This document shows, piece by piece, positions 1-9,400 of a DNA stretch of 64,000 nt. Every line of letters begins with the position of its first letter. The stretch's first letter is position 1. Origin of the DNA: an uncultured Verrucomicrobiota bacterium (GTDB lineage Bacteria > Verrucomicrobiota > Kiritimatiellia > RFP12 > UBA1067); contig CAMNLW010000001.1 of the NCBI GenBank assembly GCA_946544115.1, positions 16,392-80,391 of the forward strand. Reading direction: 5' to 3'. The position numbers and the translations under genes were made by a program. Below the pieces are notes generated by a model. That model did not search any database, had not been told where the DNA came from, and saw only the letters and a list, made by a program, of their open reading frames with translations.

Positions 1-446
1 ACGACTACAGCCAGGGGGCGAAGGCCGTCGCGTCGGGCATATATCCCGGGCGCCGGTACGGGGCGCTCAAGCGCGCCGACCGCACTCTCATGTTCGCCGA
101 GCTGCCGACGATCGATCCCGCGACGCGCAGGCGTCTCGACGAGCCGAGCGGCGCCGAGGCCGACTGCACGCTGCAGTACAAAGCGTCGATAAACGGCAAC
201 AGCTACAACTCGTCGTGGAACGGCAAGGCCGAGTCGGTAGGGTTCGTGCACAAGTCGGGCAAGCGCAACTATTGCGCCCATGTCGTCTTTGCCGACGCCC
301 ACACGGAAAAGCTTGTATATTCGGAAGCCGGGCTGAGCCTGCAGGACTTGACGGCAGCGCTCTGCGAGGGGCTTGACGTGGCCTTCGGCAAGCAAGGCTA
401 CCAGCTGGCGAAGGATGCGGACCAGATGGAGGCGAACGACGAATGA
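1..446 (+). CDS. 5'-truncated CDS: C-terminal part of a PVC-type prepilin-like (H-X9-DG-like) protein
   Basis: The frame of ORF 90..446 stays open back to the window edge (DYSQGAKAVASGIYPG...). The tail KRNYCAHVVFADAHTEKL resembles the (N)VLFADGHV tail of prepilin-type H-X9-DG proteins, but here it is DA rather than DG and there is no His at -10. The stop overlaps the next start (ATGA at 443-446). Confidence 0.45.
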   Translation, partial: DYSQGAKAVASGIYPGRRYGALKRADRTLMFAELPTIDPATRRRLDEPSGAEADCTLQYKASINGNSYNSSWNGKAESVGFVHKSGKRNYCAHVVFADAHTEKLVYSEAGLSLQDLTAALCEGLDVAFGKQGYQLAKDADQMEANDE

Positions 447-3400
447 AAGGGGGTTTGGGCATGAGACCGTTGCGTGAGACTTTCGCACTGTCGAAAAAGC
501 TTGCGGCGCTTGCGGCGCTGGCCGCGCTCGGTTTCGTCCCGGCGAGGGCCGACGTGCAGAGCCTTGTCGACGAGGGCAAGATAACGTGGACCGCGGCAGA
601 TGAAGACTGGATCGACGGGGAACTTGTACTTACGTTCAACGACCCGGACGAAGCCGGGACTCTTACATTGCCGGGGCTTACAAGGGCGAGGATACTTGCC
701 GTAGGCGGCGGCGGCGCGGGCGGCGCGGTCGGCACGACATCTAACTCCCGTGGCGCTGGCGGCGGCGGCGGCGGCGGCGGCTTCCTGGAAATCGGCCCGG
801 TCCTGCTTGAAGGCGGCGACTACGATATAACGGTCGGCAAGGGCGGTGATGCCGGTGAATTTATAACAGGCGCCAACATAATCGGCGGCGACGGCTATCC
901 CAGCAAGATTGAAAAAGATTCCGACCTCCTGGTATATGTCGGCGGCGGCGGCGGCGGCGGCGCGGAAAGCGACGGCAACCCCGGTTGCGCAGGCGACGCG
1001 ACCGCCACGCTCGGCACGGCGGGCGGTTCCGGCGGCGGCGGCTCGAAAATGTATGTTTCCAATACAGACTGGGCTAATCATGTCGGCGGCGAGGGCGTTG
1101 GCGGCGGTTATAAAGGCGGTGACGGTAGCGTCAGCAGGTCTGGCGGCGGCGGCGGCGGTGCCGGTGGCGACGGTACTGTAGCCGAGAAAGCAAACGTTGG
1201 AGCGGCCGGCGGCCCGGGCAGAACAAGCTATATCGCGAGCGATGACGGTATCGGCTACGCAGGCGGCGGCGGCAGCGGAACGCGTTCAGCCCTTAGCGCC
1301 AACGTCGGCAAAGGCAGTGATGGCGGCGGCAACGGCGGCGGCGGACAGAAAACCGCAGAAGACGGCGACCCTGGCACCGGCGGCGGCGGCGGCGGCGGTA
1401 CGCAGACCGCGGCGGGCGGCAACGGCGGCAGCGGCGTAGTGATAGTAAGGATTATCGAGTCCATTGACGGCGATCTCGACATTCCCGAGGGGAAGACGCT
1501 CCCCTACAACGGGGAGAACCAGATCGCCGTAAAGGACAGCTTCGCCTATCACTTCGAGGCCGGCAGCGTTACAAACGCCACGGATGTCGGGAATTATTCG
1601 TTTACCGTCACGCCGAACACCGGTTTTAAGTGGAGCGACGATACAGACCGCTCCGTCACCGTTGAATGGTCGATTGTCCAGGCATCGGTAGAGATTCCGA
1701 CGATTCCTGCCGGTCTTGTCTACGACGGCTCGGTGCAGACGGCGGCGGTGGCGACGGCGGCGTATACGCTCACGGGCGAGTCGTTCGCGACAGACGCGGG
1801 AACATACGATTTCACGGCGACGCTTGTAAGCGAGGAGAACTACAAGTGGGCCGATGGCACGACGGCGGCCAAGAGCTTTACATGGACTATCGCCCGGCTT
1901 GAAGTGGAAAAGCCTGCGGGTGTTTCCGGCGTGGAGTATGGCGGCACAAACGTCGCGGCTTACGCCGAAAGCGAATATTATTCGCTCGTAAGCGGTATTC
2001 ACAGCGCGACAAATGCCGGCAACTACGCCTACACGGTTGCGCTCAGCAACCCATCCGGCAAGACCAATCTCGTCTGGAAGGGCGAGTCGGGCGAGGCGGC
2101 GGCGGAACCGCTTACGATTGAATGGTCCATCGCGCCGGTGGCGGTTGACGTGCCCGCCGTGCCGACGGGGCTGGTATATACCGGCAATAACCAGGTTGCG
2201 TTCGAGTCGGGCGAGCACTATCATTTCACCGAAGCGAGCGTAACGAACGCGACGGGCGCCGGGTCGTACCCTTATGAAATAGTCCTCGACAATCCGGCAG
2301 ACGCTACGAACTACGTCTGGAAAGTTTCCCCGCCGTCGAGCGAAAACAGAAGCGGGAACTGGACGATAGCCAAGGCTGCGAACGAGTGCAGCGTAACGCT
2401 GGAGGGCTGGAAGATCGGCGAGACTCCCGAGACGCCTGTAGGAGAGGCAACCTGGGGGGCGGAATCGGCGACGTATACCTACGCCGCTTCGCCGACAGCC
2501 GCAGAGACCGAATGGACGGACGAAGTTCCGTCAACGGCCGGGCAGTGGTATGTAAAGATGACCGTCCCCGAGGCGGAGAACTGGCTCGGCGCCACGGCGA
2601 CGGCGAGTTTCGTGCTGTGGGAAAGCCCGGCGGACGTCTTTCGCAACAGCATAACATATATTGTGCGGGAATCGGGGGTTAAACCTACCGCATTCTGGCA
2701 GTCGGGCGAATTCGCCGATGATGCGGGCAAGCACGGCGGCTATGCGATAACGCTCAACACCGGCAACACAATAAACGACGCGGGCAACATCGTAATCGGC
2801 GACACCGCGACCAAGGGCGCTGGCATTTCCATCGCCTCGGCAGGAAAAACGAAGGCATCGATACTCGTAAAGTACAAGGCGCCCGCTGGCGGCGCCCCTG
2901 CCGCAAACTCTGTGCTGGCGGGTGTTGTCGCAACAGACAACCACCCGATCGGCGCATTCTGCCAGACGGCGGGCGGCACGTCAATGGAGGGCTATTGGTT
3001 AAACGGCACAACGGCGGCCACGGGGTATTCCTTCAAAACGCCGCCGCCAGCCGTGGAGGGCGGTTCAGGATATTTCCTCTTCTGCTACCACTCCGATGCA
3101 AGTAGCGCTGCCGTTACGGACGGAACGGCGTTTTATGCGGGCGATTCGATTGGGAATCTCGTTGGCGGGAATGTGGCCGGCCTGCAGTGGCGTGGCCACA
3201 CTATAAACGAGCTGTCGATCGGCGGGCCTGCATCCGGTGTGACCGTGCCGTGGAAGGGGCTGGAGATCGAGTCAGTTGCTTTGTTCGTCGATGCATGGCT
3301 TACCCCGGACGACATCACGATGAAGAACTTCCAGATACCGGTGAGGATTTCGGAGGACAAGTCCAAAGGTCTTGTCTACAGCGAGCTTGGCAAGGACGGC

Positions 3401-6400
3401 ACAAAGCTTGCATTTGTCGGCGAAGACGGGAGCCTCCTCGCCTATGATGTGGACACATGGAATGTCTCGGGCGAGTCGGTTGTCTGGGTGAACCTCCCGA
3501 CGGCTGCGGTCGGCACCAAGTTCACGATGTACTGGAACATCCGTGACGGACAGATCGCGCCCGGGCCGAAGCCCGAAAAGGTCTGGGCCGACTATGCAGG
3601 CGTCTGGCACTTCAACGAAACGATCACAAGCGCCACCGCCGCGTCAACCGCCTCCAAGGACTCCACTGGCAACGGGCTTGACGCTGTGCCGACACGCGGA
3701 ACAAACACAGGAGACCAACGTACACAGATGGCGAGCACAAGCGGTGTCTTCGGCAACGCCCGCGTCAACTCCACCGGTATGTATACGGGCGGCAACCGCC
3801 TGGTTGTTGACAACTCCGGCGATCTTGAACTTGGCTCGGTGTTTATGTTCTCTGGATGGGTAAAGGTCGGTGGTATAAATGGATCGAATATCATCGTGTC
3901 GCGAAAGGAAGGCTCCAATGACAACAATGGCTGGCAGCTGGGGCTCTGGGGTTCCACCGCCGCAGGCAGCCTTGCGGTCTGGGGGCCTGGCGGCAGCCCT
4001 GTACGGCCGGAGATCTCGTCAACCAGTCTGGCGTCGCTTGGTGATTATTTCTATGTTACTGTAGTATATAACGGCTCCAATCTGGTGGTTATGTACAATG
4101 ACAGTTACTACAACACATATTCGGGACGAACCGCTGTGGCGGATAACGGCCTGCCGCTTGCTTTCGGCGGCGGCTCGGGCAACGGCAGCCAACTGGTCTT
4201 TAACGGCTCGTATGATGAATTCCGAATCAGGAAGGGTCTTGTCGAGACCGACATGGCCAAACTTCGCGATCGCACCAGGGCCGAATATGCGGCGGCGACT
4301 AGCGACAGCTTCCTTTCGCGCGGGCTTGTGGAGCGCGACGGCAAACTTGTCAACTACTGGGTCCGCGAGCCCTCGATCACGCCTACAAACTGGGACGTCG
4401 GCGATAATCCGGCGGACGACGCGCTGGATGTCGGCGAACTCTTCGCAGGCACGGTAACCAACTGGATATACGAGGTGAACGCGCCGACGAACATTTACTC
4501 GAAGATTTCCGAGATTCCCGAGGACAGAACCGGCGTCTTCCGCGCGGTGAGCCGTCCTGTAGAGACCAACCTGTATGAAGATCTCGCCTTCGAGGTGACG
4601 TTCAGAATCAACGCCCACAGCCCCTACAGCAACATCCAGGGCAATGGCGGCGACTCTGGCCGCGTGCTCCTGATGAACAACGATGCAAACAAAGACTTTC
4701 CTATTGACTACCAGAACTGGTATGATGCCGATACCTGGGGCGCCAAGAAGTCAAATACGACAACTTTCTGGCAGATGCTTACAAGCGACGAGTTGACCGA
4801 CAGGACTTTCAATATGAAGGACGGCACAGAGTTCGTCCTCTGGACCGCCAACTACGGGAGCAGGCTTTGGCATCTAATAAACTGCCGTCACGGCAACACT
4901 TTCCCGTACAACAACGACTCGTCGGCGCTGGCGGATGACCAGAACTATCTGCCTTATTCCTCGACCTCTCGTCGTATCACTTCCCATAATGCATTGAACA
5001 TTCGTCGCCGTGACGTCGGTCAGATCGTTATGCGCAATATTGAGGACGCGGCGGTCTATTCGCAGTGCTTCACAAACGGAGTGGGGTCGATATACTTCGA
5101 CGCCGTGAACGGCTGGACGGCCGGCGCCGCCGAGACGGGCGATAACTACAAACTTGTGGTAGAGGTCGCCACAAACGCCCTCCTTTACGGCGAGAGCGTT
5201 CTCCCGACGGATGAAAACTCGTGGGACGAAACTGACGGCGTTACCAACTACTACGCCAACCTCGAAACCACGTGGCACAAAGCAAATGTGATCCCCTATC
5301 TTCGCGACGGAACGGACGACTTCACCCGTCTCGACGCCACGAACGAGCTCGCCCTCGCCGTGAAGAACGGCAAGACGATGAAGAACTTTTACCGCGTCGT
5401 TGTCCCGTTTACGGAGCTGGGCAACGAGGTTTATGCCAAGGCGAGCCACCTGCGCTTCAGGATTCGTCGTACTACGGCTACTGGCGAAAACGCCGATAAG
5501 TCGGGCATGATCCTTCTCGACAATATAATCGTCTCCTATCCGCCGATGAGGGCAGAGCTCGGGACGGCGGGCTTTTACGACGCGGGCGACGCCGCGAAGC
5601 GCGGCAAGACGATGATGGGCTACGAGCTTTCGACCTCCACGCCCTACCCTGCCGCCGGCGACGCGACGCTCAAGGGACGCGCCAAGGCGACGTACATCGT
5701 GAACGAGGGCAATCCGCTCGCCGACACCACCGCTTTCGTCGCGGCGGCGCAGATGTGGTACCGCTGGCGCTACCTCAATCAGCGCTTCGGCGACTGGAAG
5801 TATGTGGACCTCGACCCGATGACATTCGAGTCGGCCCAGACGCTCGACCTCCCGTCCGTCGCAGGCGATGTGGAATATTATTACACCGCCCAGCTGCAGG
5901 CGCCGTTTTACAAGTATGTCGACTACTCCGGCACGAATCTCGGCGTCCCCTACAGCGAAGAGGTGACGGATGTCACGAACAGGCTCGACTCGGCGACGAT
6001 TCTGCCGACTACGGGGACGGACTGGTTCTTCCGCCTAAGGAAGGGCGCGAGCGAATGGGAGGGCGTTTCGGTTGTCGCCCAGGGCGCGCTCACCAACGAA
6101 TACCCGATGGCGCTCATCGAGGATGACATGTGGCGCGCGCTTGTCGTGATCCCGACGAACGCCGAGGGGAACTGCACGTTCACGTTCAAGGGCGTGAACA
6201 AGCTCACTGGCTCGCCTTGGGAGATCAAGGAGAACGTCACGAACTGGGGCGTCGCCGACAGCGCCGACGCGTCGTTCACGCCGCCAGGCAACGGGCTTCT
6301 ACGCGAGGGGGGCGATCCGCTGTCGTTCGAGGTCGACCATATCTCCAACTATCTGGAGGTCAAGATAAGCACGCGCTACCTTACGTGGAGCGTAGCGAGG

Positions 6401-9400
6401 GCGGAGTATCAGGACTTCAACCACTGGAACGACGCCCACACCCCTGCGGAGAACCCGCAGTTCAAGGTCAACGTGCCCACGAACGGCGTCGACGACGTGA
6501 CGATGAAGACATATCCGCTTGCGGACGACATCAAGACATGGAGCGAATTCTCGTCGGGCAACAGCGATTGGGACGAAATATTTTATCTCTCGAACTACAA
6601 CGACCCCGGCTTCCCGAAGGAGGTCGTTTACCAGAGCCATGTAACCCCGGCGCGGTGGGACGGCTACAATCTCTCGTTCGTCTCGACGGAACTCACGAGC
6701 GGTTCTTCAGACGACCAGATGAAGAAGTCCGGCATGGGCGCGAAGCTCATCGGCCAGGGCAGGGGCTCGCTAACCTACACGAAGTCCAACTGCCCCGAGG
6801 GGCTTGAGAAGGTTTCGCTGAGGGCGAGGCTCGGCCAGTCGATGACGTTCGACGGCATAAGCTGGCATCCCGACGCCTGGGGGAAGAAGGACTACATGTT
6901 CTTCGTTCCCGCGACGATGAGCCGTAAATGCAGCAACGACTCGGCGCTCGGCGATATGGCGGTCGGCGCGGCGGTCTCGGTTGTCGGCTACTACAGGCCG
7001 TCGGCCGGCTGCTACGAGTTCAGGGCAGAGCGTCTTTACTCGGGGTCGAACATGAGGCTCTCGCTCTACAAGTGGTCTGTGAACAACGGCACCATGGAGC
7101 CTACGCTCCTTTGCGCGCAGGATTTCAAAGACACGCGCAAGATGTGGTCGAACGATTCCTCTGCCGCGGCCAACACCAAGCTTTATTACGGCATGTTCAT
7201 CTCGCTCGAGAACACGAGCTCGGGTACGCGCATCATCGGCGGCCTTTCGGTAAACGGCAAGGCCGTTGTCGACACGAACCCGGCCTCCAACTTCTCCGGC
7301 GACAGCGGCGGCTTCGGCGGCCTTGTCTACACCGACAGTTCCAATCCTCTCACGCGCGGTGCATACGGCGTGATGTCGAAGGACTGCCCGGCGGAGTTCA
7401 TGGCGCCTGTTTGCTACAAGACGGCGTTTACATCGGGCATCACGACAGGCGGCAACGCTTCGATGGGTCTCGGCGGCCAGTATTTCAACCCGTCCGCAAA
7501 CAAGCTCACGTTCGGCGGGTCCGCCACATTCGACGATCTAAGGGAGTCGCTAAGGGAGGACGAGTGGGAGCTTGTCGCCGGGCGCGCACAGTGCTACACG
7601 AACCTGCTCAACCAGGGCAGCGCCAACTACGCCTGGACGGGCATCCGCACCCCGACGGACATCAAGCAGACGGTCGAGCTGTGGCTGAAGTCGAAGACGG
7701 CTCCCGGCGCGAACTGGGTGAAATACGGCGAGAAGGAGGTTTCGAGCTATGGCTTCACGAGTTCGTTCGACCTGCCGCTCAACATAACCGGCACGTGGGA
7801 CATCAAGCTCACGACCGGCGGCTACAACGCCGATGTCGTCGTCGACGACGTGAAGCAGTACCAGTGGCAGGCGCCCGACCTCGACGGCCTCGAGGCCTAC
7901 AGCGGGCGGTTCATCTACACGCAGGGCGTCGTCGAGACCAACAAGACGCTCAAGGCGAGACAGCTCGTGCTGCAGCCTTCGCGCGGCGTCGCGACCAGGG
8001 CGATGTCGCTGAGATCGCCCATCCTCGGCGGTCTCGGGCGCGTGGCGTTCTCCTACGAGAACGTGGACGCGAACGCCGAGATCTGGGTCCAGGTCGCGAC
8101 GAACTCCGTGAACGGCGCGACGCTTTCGGGCGATGGGGGCTACAACAGGTCCGTCAAGTCCGTCGACCTCGCCGATATCGCCGCCGGGACCGCGACAGAA
8201 CCCGTCGGGACGTGGATAACGCTCGCGAAGTACACGGCGGCGGACCTCGGGACCTCGGGCTCGAAGCCGGTCTACCTCGGCTGGCACAACAACGAGGCCG
8301 ATTCCGTGCGCGGGGTCTTCCGTCTTTACGTGCCGACCAACGTCGTCTCGGCCGCGATCGTCGCCGCGACCAACGAGACGCAGAACACGGCCTACGGGCG
8401 CATCACCATAACCGGCATGACCGTCACCGACGAGCCCGCGCTGTCAGACAGGGCGTGGCGCGGCTGGAACATCCGCACCATCGGCGACGGCGCCGACACC
8501 GAGCGCCGCATGAACATCGACGACTCCTCGCTTCTCGGCGAGGACGGCACGGGCCTCGACTGCGGGCTCAACAATTCGACGGAAGACGTGGTGCCCGTCG
8601 ACGAGATCGTCAAGGTTGAATCGGGCAATCCCGCGATCTACTCGCCGACGTTCAAGTCCTACGGGCAGAAGCGCGGCGTAGGCGCTGTCACGTTCTCGGC
8701 CAGGCTCTACTCCACCAACAACACGCCCGTCACGGCCGGCGCCGGTCTCGTGACGCTCTACGGCTCGACCAGCTCCACAAGCGAGAGGTGGGAAAAGATA
8801 GCTGATTTCAAGATCGACAGCAGCGTCTTCGCCGACTATACGTGGACGGCGTCGAACCAGACCTACGCGGCGGTCAAGCTGGAGGTCCCGACGATCTCCG
8901 GCGAATACGACCGCGTGATTCTCGACGAGGTCACCGTGTCCGAAAAAGTCCAGCCGTCGCTGAGCTTCGTCTACGCGACGCCGTTCCGCCAGAACCTCAT
9001 GTCCAGCGAGCCGATCGCCGATATCGACAGCCCCAGCGAACAGCCGCTGGCGGGCGAGAGCTGGGGCGTGCAGGCCAAGCTGGCGCTCAGACAGCTCGCG
9101 GACGAGATCGACCTTGAAAAGGGCGTTACCGTGACGCTCGCCTACTACTCGGCCGATTCCTACGACGGCCGGCCGCCGGCGGTCTGGGGCTACGGCAACT
9201 GGGAGTCGATAGCCAAGGCGAACGGGAACTACGCGATCCCGCTCAAGCAGGTGGGCGACCCGGCGGACCTCGTATTCCGCTCGGTGGGCGACAGCCCCGA
9301 ATCGCTCGTCCAGCCGTCGTCGCGCGGCGGGGTTGTCGTGCAGTATCAGCTTACGGCCACGTTCTACGGGCGCGACGGCACGGAATACACGCAGACGGTC

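Noticed and set aside
690-1455. Collagen-like or PE-PGRS-like interpretation of the Gly-rich region.
   Set aside because: There is no Gly-X-Y triplet periodicity. The Gly residues come in homopolymer blocks separated by short hydrophobic strands, which fits the Gly_rich / polyglycine-II type better. This has not been verified by HMM.
6928-8619. 563-aa + strand ORF in an alternative frame inside giant gene 1.
   Set aside because: It is out of frame within a continuous 3599-aa ORF. The translation is Arg/Gly/His/Gln-rich nonsense.
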